Assembly: GCA_965261345.1 (NCBI GenBank)
Contig: OZ253449.1
Coordinates: 1,216,001-1,280,000, forward strand
Origin: Chloroflexota bacterium
Lineage (GTDB): Bacteria; Chloroflexota; UBA11872; VXNJ01
DNA length: 64,000 nucleotides
Direction: 5' to 3'
The notes beneath the pieces were generated by a model. That model was not told where the DNA came from, did no database searches, and saw only the letters and a program-made list of their open reading frames with translations. Position numbers and translations under genes: made by a program. This document shows, piece by piece, positions 52,741 through 60,785 of this stretch (within the stretch, counting starts at the first letter, position 1; every line of letters starts with the position of its first letter).

Positions 52741-55449
52741 TTGAACACCAATATTGGGTTGCCGCTGGGCGAAAACCAGCTGCAACTGGAAACCGGTGAT
52801 TTGGCGCTGCAGGCTGATGGCGCCATCCTGGTTTCGTACGGAGACGTACGCCTTCTTTGCACGGCTTGTATGAAAGACAGCCCGCGCGAAGGACTCGACT
52901 TTTTCCCGCTCACCTGCGACTTTGAGGAAAAATCCTATTCGGTCGGTCACATCCCGGGTTCGGTATTGCGCCGCGAGGGACGTCCTCCCGACAGCGCCAC
53001 ACTGACCGCGCGACTTACCGACCGCCCGCTGCGCCCGCTTTTTCCCAAAGGCATGCGCAACGACGTCCAGGTTATTAGCACCCTGCTGGCCTCGGACAAG
53101 GACATCGAAGCCGACGTGCTCGGCATCGTCGGCTGCAGTGCCGCCCTGCATATCTCGCGGATCCCCTTCAACGGGCCGATCGGCGCAGTGCGGATCGGCA
53201 TGGACGGCGATGATTTTGTGATCAACCCCACCCGTTCCTTCCTGGCCGCCAATCCGGCTCTGGACATGGTGGTGGCCTCCACCGCCAAGGGTGTGGTCAT
53301 GATCGAAGCCGGCGCCTCGCAGATTTCTGAAGCGGTCGTCGAACAGGCGATTGAGTTCGGTCACGAGCAAAACCTGAAGCTAATCGAGCTGCAGGAAGAA
53401 CTTCGCGATCGTTGCGGCGTGGAAAAATCCGAGCCGATCATCGTTGGCGTTTCCGACGACTTGATCGACGCGGTCGAGTCGCAGGTCGGTTCCGAACTGG
53501 CCGCGGCGGTCCAGATCACCGAGGGGCCCGACCGCTCCGAGGCGATCGCGACGGCCATGGCCAATGCCCAGGCGGCGCAGGCCGATTCCGGGCACGAGGC
53601 CGGCGACGTCAAGCAGGCGTTTGACCAGGCGCTAAAGGCCGCCACCCGGGCGGCGATCCTGGACCAGCAGTTGCGTCCCGATGGACGTTCGCCCCAGCAG
53701 TTGCGCGAGCTTTCGGCCAAGGTCGGAATTCTCCCGCGCGTACACGGATCAGGGCTGTTCCAGCGCGGTATGACTCAGTGCCTAAATGTCGTCACGCTGG
53801 GTAATGCCCGCTCGGTGCAGCGCATCGGATTGGACAACCTCGACTGGGAGGAATCCAAGCGCTACATGCACCACTACTACATGCCTCCGTACGCCTCGGG
53901 CGAGGCCTACCCGCTGCGTGGGCAGCGGCGGCGCGAAATTGGGCACGGCATCCTGGCCGAACGCGCAATTGCGCCGGTGTTGCCGAGCGAAGCGGAATTT
54001 CCCTACGTGATCCGCACCGTTTCCGAGATTCTCTCCTCCAACGGTTCGACCTCGATGGCTGCCACCAGCAGCTCTTCGCTGGCGCTGATGGACGCCGGGG
54101 TGCCGCTCAAGGCTCCGGTGACCGGAATCTCGATCGGGTTGATCTCGGATGGCGAAGGCCGCTATGAGATCCTCTCTGACATCCAAGGTGCCGAGGACCA
54201 CTTTGGCGACATGGACTTCAAGGTTGCTGGCTCCGCCAACGGGGTAACCGCAATCCAGCTGGACATCAAACTGGATCACATCCCGCTGTCGATCGTCGGA
54301 CCGGTCCTCGAGCAGGCGCGCGAGTGTCGCCAGGAAATCCTGGCAGTAATGAACGAGGCGCTGTCGACGCCGCGTGGTGACGTTAACGCCTGGGCTCCCA
54401 AGATCGTCATCCACAAGATCGACCCGTCCAAGATCGGTGAGGTCATCGGGCCCGGTGGCAAGGTGATTCGCAAGCTTGAAGAACTGACCGGGGCCTCAAT
54501 CGACATCGCCGAGGACGGCACCCTGACGGTGGCCGCGCCGCAGAAGGAGAAGGCCGCCCAGACGGTGGCCATGATCCGCGACATCATCGGCGACATCGAG
54601 ATCGGCCGGACCGTGAAGGGCTCAGTCGAGCGCATCCTGCCGTTTGGTGCTTTCATTGAATTTGCGCCTGGCAAGCAGGGCATGATCCATGTTTCCGAGC
54701 TGGCCGACTACCGGGTCGAACAGGTCGAGGACGAGGTTTCAGTGGGCGATATCGTCGAGGCCAAGGTAATCGAGGTCGATGACCTTGGTCGCATTAACCT
54801 CTCGCGCCGCGCGGTAATCCAGGGCGATGCCTACGAGGGTTACAAGCCGCGCCGCTCCGGCGGCGGACGACGTGATCGTGAAGGCGGCGACCGTGGTGGA
54901 TTCCGCGGTGGCGGACGACGCGATCGTGAAGGCGGCGACCGTGGTGGATTCCGCGGTGGCGGCGACCGTGGTGGATTCCGCGGTGGCGGCGACCGTGGTG
55001 GATTCCGCGGTGGCGGACGACGCGACCGTGATGGCGACAGTGGTGGATTCCGCGGTGGCGGACGACGCGACCGTGATGGCGACAGTGGTGGATTCCGCGG
55101 TGGCGGACGACGCGACCGTGATGGCGACAGTGGTGGATTCCGCGGTGGCGGACGACGCGACCGTGATGGCGACAGCGGCGGCGACCGTGGTGGATTCCGC
55201 GGTGGCGGACGACGCGACCGTGATGGCGACAGTGGCGGCGACCGTGGTGGATTCCGTGGTGGCGGCGACCGTGGTGGATTCCGCGGTGGCGGACGACGCG
55301 ACCGTGATGGCGACAGTGGTGGATTCCGCGGTGGCGGACGACGCGACCGTGATGGCGGCGACCGTGGCAAGGATCGCAATGATCACTCCGGATCGCCCGA
55401 GCGCAAGCCTGATCGCGACCGGCAGCCCGACTGGGAGTTTATGGATTGA
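52741..55449 (+). CDS. pnp: Polyribonucleotide nucleotidyltransferase with a long RGG-repeat C-terminal tail
   Basis: Motifs DFFPLT, RREGRP, DRPLRPLFP, HGSGLFQRG, RRE.GHG, SNGS.SMA and DHFGDMDFKVAG, plus KH (IGPGGK) and S1 domains. Confidence 0.97.
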   Translation: MNTNIGLPLGENQLQLETGDLALQADGAILVSYGDVRLLCTACMKDSPREGLDFFPLTCDFEEKSYSVGHIPGSVLRREGRPPDSATLTARLTDRPLRPLFPKGMRNDVQVISTLLASDKDIEADVLGIVGCSAALHISRIPFNGPIGAVRIGMDGDDFVINPTRSFLAANPALDMVVASTAKGVVMIEAGASQISEAVVEQAIEFGHEQNLKLIELQEELRDRCGVEKSEPIIVGVSDDLIDAVESQVGSELAAAVQITEGPDRSEAIATAMANAQAAQADSGHEAGDVKQAFDQALKAATRAAILDQQLRPDGRSPQQLRELSAKVGILPRVHGSGLFQRGMTQCLNVVTLGNARSVQRIGLDNLDWEESKRYMHHYYMPPYASGEAYPLRGQRRREIGHGILAERAIAPVLPSEAEFPYVIRTVSEILSSNGSTSMAATSSSSLALMDAGVPLKAPVTGISIGLISDGEGRYEILSDIQGAEDHFGDMDFKVAGSANGVTAIQLDIKLDHIPLSIVGPVLEQARECRQEILAVMNEALSTPRGDVNAWAPKIVIHKIDPSKIGEVIGPGGKVIRKLEELTGASIDIAEDGTLTVAAPQKEKAAQTVAMIRDIIGDIEIGRTVKGSVERILPFGAFIEFAPGKQGMIHVSELADYRVEQVEDEVSVGDIVEAKVIEVDDLGRINLSRRAVIQGDAYEGYKPRRSGGGRRDREGGDRGGFRGGGRRDREGGDRGGFRGGGDRGGFRGGGDRGGFRGGGRRDRDGDSGGFRGGGRRDRDGDSGGFRGGGRRDRDGDSGGFRGGGRRDRDGDSGGDRGGFRGGGRRDRDGDSGGDRGGFRGGGDRGGFRGGGRRDRDGDSGGFRGGGRRDRDGGDRGKDRNDHSGSPERKPDRDRQPDWEFMD
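54859..55368 (+). repeat. Intragenic tandem repeat array: 11 copies of GGTGGATTCCG(C/T)GGTGGCGG (GGFRGGG) in 27-, 45-, 54- and 57-nt units
   Basis: Read directly; units include GGFRGGGRRDRDGDS (45 nt) and GGFRGGGDR (27 nt), nearly identical at the DNA level. Confidence 0.95.
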
Positions 55450-56225
55450 TCAAAGTTGCGGTATCCGGGGCCGCCGGGCGCATGGGCCAGCAAGTGGCCG
55501 CAGCGACTCTGGAAGCTCCAGATACCGCACTGGTCGGTCTCTATGACTTGGCTCCGATCCCGGCCCAACTGGCGCCAGGGATCGGGGCCCCGGCGCGCGG
55601 CTCCGACCTTGACGGGGTTTTAAAAAACTCCGGAGCACAGGTGTTGGTGGACTTTACCAACGCCGCCGCCGGATCAGATCACCTGCACCGGGCAATTGAA
55701 CTGGGGGTCAGTCCGGTGGTGGGCACTACCGGGTTCGACCCAGAAACCATCGACCGGTTGGCCAACGCGGCCGACCAGACCGGAATCGGGGCCTTTCTGG
55801 CTCCGAACTTCGCCCTCGGGGCAGTCCTGCAAATGCAGATGTGCGAATTGGCGGCGCGCCATTTCAACACCGTCGAAATCATCGAACTCCATCACGATCA
55901 AAAGATCGACGCCCCTTCAGGGACCGCAATGGCCACGGCGGCCAAGATAGCTGCAGCGGCCGGTGGAGCCCGCGATGTTAGGACGGAAAAATTTGCCCTG
56001 GAAGGTGCCCGCGGCGGCAATTTCGAGGGCGTGAAGGTGCACTCGGTGCGCCTGCCCGGACTGGTCGCCCACCAGGAAGTTATCTTCGGCGGGCTGGGGC
56101 AGACCCTTACCCTGCGTCACGATTCAATCAGTCGTGAATCGTTCATGCCCGGCGTACTGTTGGCGGTCCGGCGGGTCAGAGGGCTTTCTGGCCTGGTTGT
56201 GGGGCTGGAGCACCTGCTTAACTAG
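55446..56225 (+). CDS. dapB: 4-hydroxy-tetrahydrodipicolinate reductase
   Basis: Motifs GAAGRMG, DFT, VGTTG, APNFALG and E.HHDQK.DAPSGTA. Confidence 0.97.
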   Translation: MIKVAVSGAAGRMGQQVAAATLEAPDTALVGLYDLAPIPAQLAPGIGAPARGSDLDGVLKNSGAQVLVDFTNAAAGSDHLHRAIELGVSPVVGTTGFDPETIDRLANAADQTGIGAFLAPNFALGAVLQMQMCELAARHFNTVEIIELHHDQKIDAPSGTAMATAAKIAAAAGGARDVRTEKFALEGARGGNFEGVKVHSVRLPGLVAHQEVIFGGLGQTLTLRHDSISRESFMPGVLLAVRRVRGLSGLVVGLEHLLN

Positions 56226-56339
56226 CGGGCGCTTAAATGTTTTTCAACCACTGGTCTTACGTGCTATTGTTTGTCGGCGATCCGCGCCGTGGAGCGACGG
56301 AATTGCAGAACTCCAATCCATAGGTAGAAGTACAAGGCG

Positions 56340-57410
56340 ATGCAGCCAATTTCGGTAGCCGTGGTCGGGGCCACCGGCGCTGTCGGAACGGAACTGCTCT
56401 CCATCCTGGCCCAGCGCCAGTTCCCGATCGGCGAACTTTCGCTGCTGGCCAGCCCGCGCTCGGCCGGCAAGCAGATTGATTTTGCCGGGCGCCCGCTGAC
56501 CGTGCGGCCGCTGACTGACGATTCATTCGCGGGAATCGATTTAGTCTTTTCGGCCGCCGGATCCTCAGTCGCGCGGCAATTTGCACCGCATGCGGTCGCC
56601 GCCGGCGCCACCGTGATCGACAAGAGTTCGGCCTGGCGCTACGAGGACGATATTCCGCTGGTGGTCCCGGAGGTAAACGGTGACGACCTGGCTTCCCACC
56701 CAGGAATCATCGCCTGTCCCAACTGTTCGACGATCCAGATGGTGGTGGCGCTGGCCCCGATCGATCGGATTTTTCCGATTGAGCGGGTGGTGGTATCAAC
56801 CTACCAATCGGTAACCGGGGCGGGCGCGGCCGCGGCCGACGAGCTGTCGCGGCAGGTCCGCTCGATCGCCGCTGGGCAGTTGCCCGAAACGCGAATTCTG
56901 CCGGCGCAGATCGCCCTCAACGTGATCCCCGAAGTCGAGACCTTCCGCGCCCAGGACGGCTACACCGGCGAGGAGTGGAAGATGGCCGCCGAAACCCGCA
57001 AGATCATGAACCGCAGCGACCTTCGGATCTCGGCCACCTGCGTCCGGGTCGGGGTCGAGCGGGCCCATTCGGAGTCGGTCAACGTGGAATTTGAGGGGCC
57101 GATCGACGTCGACGAAATCCGCGAGCTGTTGGCCAACTCGGCCGGCATTCAAGTGGTCGATGCCCCGCTGGGCGACCAGCCGCGCTATCCCACCGCGCTC
57201 GATGCGGCCGGCAATGACTGGGTTTGGGTCGGGCGCATCCGCCGCGACGTCTCGATCGAACACGGGATCTGCCTCTGGGTGGTATCTGACAACCTGCGCA
57301 AAGGGGCGGCCACCAACTCGGTGCAGATCGCCGAACTGCTGCTGGAGCGCGGCTGGCTCAAGGGACGGGCTGCAGCCCGTCCCGGGATCTTGAACTTAGA
57401 ATCGGCCTAA
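56340..57410 (+). CDS. asd: Aspartate-semialdehyde dehydrogenase
   Basis: Motifs VVGATGAVG, PLVVPEVN, PNCSTIQ, TYQSV.GAG and DNLRKGAATN. Confidence 0.97.
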   Translation: MQPISVAVVGATGAVGTELLSILAQRQFPIGELSLLASPRSAGKQIDFAGRPLTVRPLTDDSFAGIDLVFSAAGSSVARQFAPHAVAAGATVIDKSSAWRYEDDIPLVVPEVNGDDLASHPGIIACPNCSTIQMVVALAPIDRIFPIERVVVSTYQSVTGAGAAAADELSRQVRSIAAGQLPETRILPAQIALNVIPEVETFRAQDGYTGEEWKMAAETRKIMNRSDLRISATCVRVGVERAHSESVNVEFEGPIDVDEIRELLANSAGIQVVDAPLGDQPRYPTALDAAGNDWVWVGRIRRDVSIEHGICLWVVSDNLRKGAATNSVQIAELLLERGWLKGRAAARPGILNLESA

Positions 57411-57447
57411 AAATCGACGATTTACGTTGGGTCTGGGGGAGTTGGAA

Positions 57448-58362
57448 GTGAAGTTGGAATTCGGGCGCCTGATTACTGCCATGATTACGCCGTTTGATGA
57501 TTCGGGGCGAGTCGACATCGATACTTTCGCGGCGCTGGCCGACGGTTTGATCGAGGCCGGGAACGACGCCCTGCTGGTCACCGGCACCACCGGTGAATCG
57601 CCGGTGCTTACCGAGGCCGAGCGGGCCGATCTCTACCGCGAGGCGGTCGGAGCGGCCAAGGGCCGGGCCAAGGTGATTGCCGGAACCGGCGGTTACAACA
57701 CTCAAGAGAGCATCGCGCTGTCGCAGATGGCGGCCGAATGCGGCGTGGACGGGCTGCTGCAGGTTGCCCCCTACTACAACAAGCCGCCGCAGGAAGGCCT
57801 CTACCAGCACTTTCGGGCAATCGCCGGGTGCACACCCCTGCCCAACATGATCTACAACGTGCCCTCGCGCACCGTGACCAACATCTCCCCCACCACGGTC
57901 GCGCGCTGTTCGCGGATCGAGAACATCTTTTCGGTCAAGGAAGCCAGCGGCGACCTGGACCAGATCTCTGAGATAATCCGCACCGCCGAGCCCGGATTCC
58001 TTGTCTATTCGGGCAACGACGGAGATACCCTGCCGATGATGGCGCTCGGCGCGGTCGGGGTGGTCTCGGTTGCCTCGCACCTGGTATCCGGGCAGATAAA
58101 GGCGATGATGGAAGCGGTGGTGGCCGGCGACCTGCCCGCGGCCGCGGCCCTGCACCTGGAGATGCTGCCGCTCGTTCGGGCGCTCTTCCCTCCCGGCTGG
58201 AGCAGTCCGATCGCGCTAAAATCGGCGCTCAATTCGGTCGGCTTCGGGGTTGGCGTCCCGCGCCTGCCGCTGGTCGAGCACGATGTCTCCCTGGCCGCCG
58301 AGCTGGCCTTAACCACCCGCAGCCAGCGACTGGACCAGTACCTGTTCGCACGGGTCGGCTGA
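57448..58362 (+). CDS. dapA: 4-hydroxy-tetrahydrodipicolinate synthase
   Basis: Motifs TAMITPF, GTTGES, PYYNKP, YNVP.RT, KEA.G and SGND; GTG start after GGGGAG. Confidence 0.96.
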   Translation: MKLEFGRLITAMITPFDDSGRVDIDTFAALADGLIEAGNDALLVTGTTGESPVLTEAERADLYREAVGAAKGRAKVIAGTGGYNTQESIALSQMAAECGVDGLLQVAPYYNKPPQEGLYQHFRAIAGCTPLPNMIYNVPSRTVTNISPTTVARCSRIENIFSVKEASGDLDQISEIIRTAEPGFLVYSGNDGDTLPMMALGAVGVVSVASHLVSGQIKAMMEAVVAGDLPAAAALHLEMLPLVRALFPPGWSSPIALKSALNSVGFGVGVPRLPLVEHDVSLAAELALTTRSQRLDQYLFARVG

Positions 58363-58363
58363 T

Positions 58364-58996
58364 CTGCCGGGACCCGAAGTCGGCCGGTCGATTGATGAGC
58401 TCGCCGACGCAATAAGGGCCTGCACCGATTGCGGCCTCTGCGCCGGTCGCCGGCAGGCGGTGCCGGGCGAGGGCAATCCAGATGCGCAGATCATGTTCAT
58501 CGGCGAAGGCCCGGGGGCCCGCGAGGACGAGTCGGGTCGACCATTCGTCGGACCGTCCGGCCGGTTTCTGGGTGAGATGCTCACCAGCATCGGGCTTGAC
58601 CGCTCTGACGTATTTATCACCAACGTGGTCAAGTGCCGCCCGCCGGGCAACCGCGATCCGCTGCCGGAGGAAATTAGCGCCTGCTCGCACTGGCTCAAGG
58701 AGCAGATTAAGGTCATCGCCCCAAAGGTTGTAATCTTGCTGGGCCGGCATGCCTTGCAACGTTTTTTGCCCGGGCGACGGATTTCTGCCGAACACGGCAG
58801 CATCCACCCATTCGGATCGATCAGCGCGATGCCGATGTATCACCCGGCGGCGGCCTTGCACAACCCGCGGTTGCGCCAGGACTGCCTTGCCGATTTTCAG
58901 AGGTTGGCCAGTTTTCTGGCCGCGCCGCCGCCCGCCCCGACACCAGGCCCAGTCGAGCCTGACCCCAGCCCGCCCGTACAGAGATCGCTTTTCTAA
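58364..58996 (+). CDS. Family-4 uracil-DNA glycosylase ([4Fe-4S]); start non-canonical or uncertain
   Basis: Motifs GEGPG..ED..GRPFVG.SG, NVVKCRPP.NR.P and YHPAA.L. The in-frame upstream ACTDCGL (CxxC) lies before the GTG at 58460, so the start is placed at CTG 58364 (or ATT 58391). Confidence 0.88.
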   Translation: MPGPEVGRSIDELADAIRACTDCGLCAGRRQAVPGEGNPDAQIMFIGEGPGAREDESGRPFVGPSGRFLGEMLTSIGLDRSDVFITNVVKCRPPGNRDPLPEEISACSHWLKEQIKVIAPKVVILLGRHALQRFLPGRRISAEHGSIHPFGSISAMPMYHPAAALHNPRLRQDCLADFQRLASFLAAPPPAPTPGPVEPDPSPPVQRSLF

Positions 58997-59081
58997 AACA
59001 CCGCGAGCTAAAGCGGCCGCCGCCCCGACTCGGCAGCCGACCCAACCCACTTTTGATTCATCTAGTTACAAGGTCTGTAAT

Positions 59082-60749
59082 TTGAAATCCAATCCGAAAT
59101 CACTCCGCGCCACTTTTCTAGGGGGCCTGGGCGATGTCGGTCGCAACTGTCTGCTGCTCGAATGCGGCAACGACGCCATCCTGGTCGATTGCGGCGTACT
59201 ATTTCCCGATGATCGGGTCAGCGGGGTCGATGTCATCCTGCCCGACTTTTCGCTGCTGGAGCCATACGCTGATAAGCTGCGCGGGGTCATCTTCACCCAC
59301 GGCCACGAGGACCACATCGGGGCCGCCCCGTACCTGTTGGCTAAATACGACCTGCCGCTTTATGGCTCGCCGTTGACGCTCTCCTTCCTGCGCGAGCGAC
59401 TCGAGCAGAAAGGCCTGGCAAGCAAGGCCGACCTGCGGCGGCTGCGCGAGCGCCGGACCACCCAGCTGGGCTGCTTTGACATCACCCCGTTCCATGTCTG
59501 CCATTCAATTCCCGACGCGATGGGTTTTGCGATCGGCACCCCGGTCGGCACCCTTATCCACACCGGCGATTACATGATCGACAACCAGCCGATCGACGGC
59601 CAACCGACCGACCTGCAGATGCTCGGGGCGCTGGGGGCAGAGGGCGTGCTGGCCCTGTTTGCCGATTCAACCAACGCCGACACGCCGGGGCACACTCCCT
59701 CGCAGCAGACGGTATACGACGGTCTCGCCCAAGTGTTTGCGCAGGCCGACTATGGGCGGGTCATCGTGGCCAGCTTTTCCTCGAACCTGACCCGGGTCCA
59801 GCAGATCGCTGACCTGGCCGGGAACCACGGGCGCCGGGTCTGCGTGCTGGGACGATCGTTGGAGCGCAATCTGCCACTGGCCTCGGAGCTGGCCCTGCTC
59901 GACATCGAGCCGGGCGACCTGATCCCGACAAAGCTGATCGACCAGATCCCGCACGAAGAGCTGGCGATCGTTTGCACCGGCAGCCAGGGGGAGCCCGGTT
60001 CGGCGCTCTCGCGCCTGGCCGATGGTCGCCACCCGCTGTTGGAAATAGATGAGGGCGACACGGTGGTGATTTCGGCCTCGGCAATCCCCGGCAACGAGCG
60101 TACGGTGCAGCGGATGATCGGGAAGCTCTTCCGCCGCGGCGCCAACGTGGTATTTGGAAAACTCGGTCACGTGCACGTGAGCGGACACCCGGCCCGTGAG
60201 GACACCCGCGCCCTGCTGTCGGTTGTGCGCCCGCAATTTTTCGTGCCGGTCCATGGCAGTCACCACCATCTGGCCTTGCAGGCCCAGGTGGCGATTGAAT
60301 CGGGAATGTCGCGGGAGGCGGTGCTGGTCGCCGCCGATGGCGATGTGGTCGATATCTCAGCTGATTCGATCGAATTGGTAGAGCATCGATCCTGCCCCCA
60401 CATCTATGTGAATCGTGGCGCCGCTCCGGGCGTGGAGCTAAGCGAACCCTGCCTGCGGCAGCGGCAGCAGCTGGCCAACGCCGGGGTCGTGGCGGTACAC
60501 GCCCAGATCGACCTGAGCTGCGGCCAGCTGGTCGGTCGCCCGCAGCTGGTCTCGCACGGGCTAATGGGCGGGGCCGAGCGGAAGATGTCCAAGCTTGCCG
60601 GCCGGCTCGGCCAGCTGCTGTCGGGCGATCGCCGGGAATTGCCCAACCTTGATGCGGCGAATGCAAAAGTTAAGATGGTTGTAGGGAGGCAAATAAAAGC
60701 CGAAACAGGCTTGCGGCCAACGATCCTGGCGATCGTTACCGCGGCTTGA
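59082..60749 (+). CDS. rnj: Ribonuclease J
   Basis: Motifs LGGLG.VG.N, THGHEDHIG, HSIPD, HTGD, TGSQGEP, HVSGH and PVHG; TTG start 59082. Confidence 0.95.
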   Translation: MKSNPKSLRATFLGGLGDVGRNCLLLECGNDAILVDCGVLFPDDRVSGVDVILPDFSLLEPYADKLRGVIFTHGHEDHIGAAPYLLAKYDLPLYGSPLTLSFLRERLEQKGLASKADLRRLRERRTTQLGCFDITPFHVCHSIPDAMGFAIGTPVGTLIHTGDYMIDNQPIDGQPTDLQMLGALGAEGVLALFADSTNADTPGHTPSQQTVYDGLAQVFAQADYGRVIVASFSSNLTRVQQIADLAGNHGRRVCVLGRSLERNLPLASELALLDIEPGDLIPTKLIDQIPHEELAIVCTGSQGEPGSALSRLADGRHPLLEIDEGDTVVISASAIPGNERTVQRMIGKLFRRGANVVFGKLGHVHVSGHPAREDTRALLSVVRPQFFVPVHGSHHHLALQAQVAIESGMSREAVLVAADGDVVDISADSIELVEHRSCPHIYVNRGAAPGVELSEPCLRQRQQLANAGVVAVHAQIDLSCGQLVGRPQLVSHGLMGGAERKMSKLAGRLGQLLSGDRRELPNLDAANAKVKMVVGRQIKAETGLRPTILAIVTAA

Positions 60750-60785
60750 TGCGGCCCACCGGAACGCGTTAACCGGAGCTTTCCC

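Noticed and set aside
54859-55368. Possible CRISPR array in the pnp 3' repeats
   Set aside because: The repeats are in frame within pnp, unit lengths are multiples of 3, the intervening sequences are themselves repeated rather than unique spacers, and there are no cas genes.
54739-55546. Long alternative-frame ORFs (ATVVDSAVA, SSATAESTT and RRPPPRNPP repeats)
   Set aside because: They are shadows of the stop-free tandem repeat in pnp, with no independent start signals.
56226-56339. Lysine riboswitch before asd
   Set aside because: The gap is only 114 nt and lacks the AGAGGNGC start and multi-helix architecture.
58749-59081. N-terminal extension of RNase J overlapping udg, and similar extensions on the ORFs at 3774, 13710, 19247, 41595 and 51282
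   Set aside because: The extensions lack family similarity and overlap neighbouring genes or promoters; they are longest-ORF artefacts of high GC.
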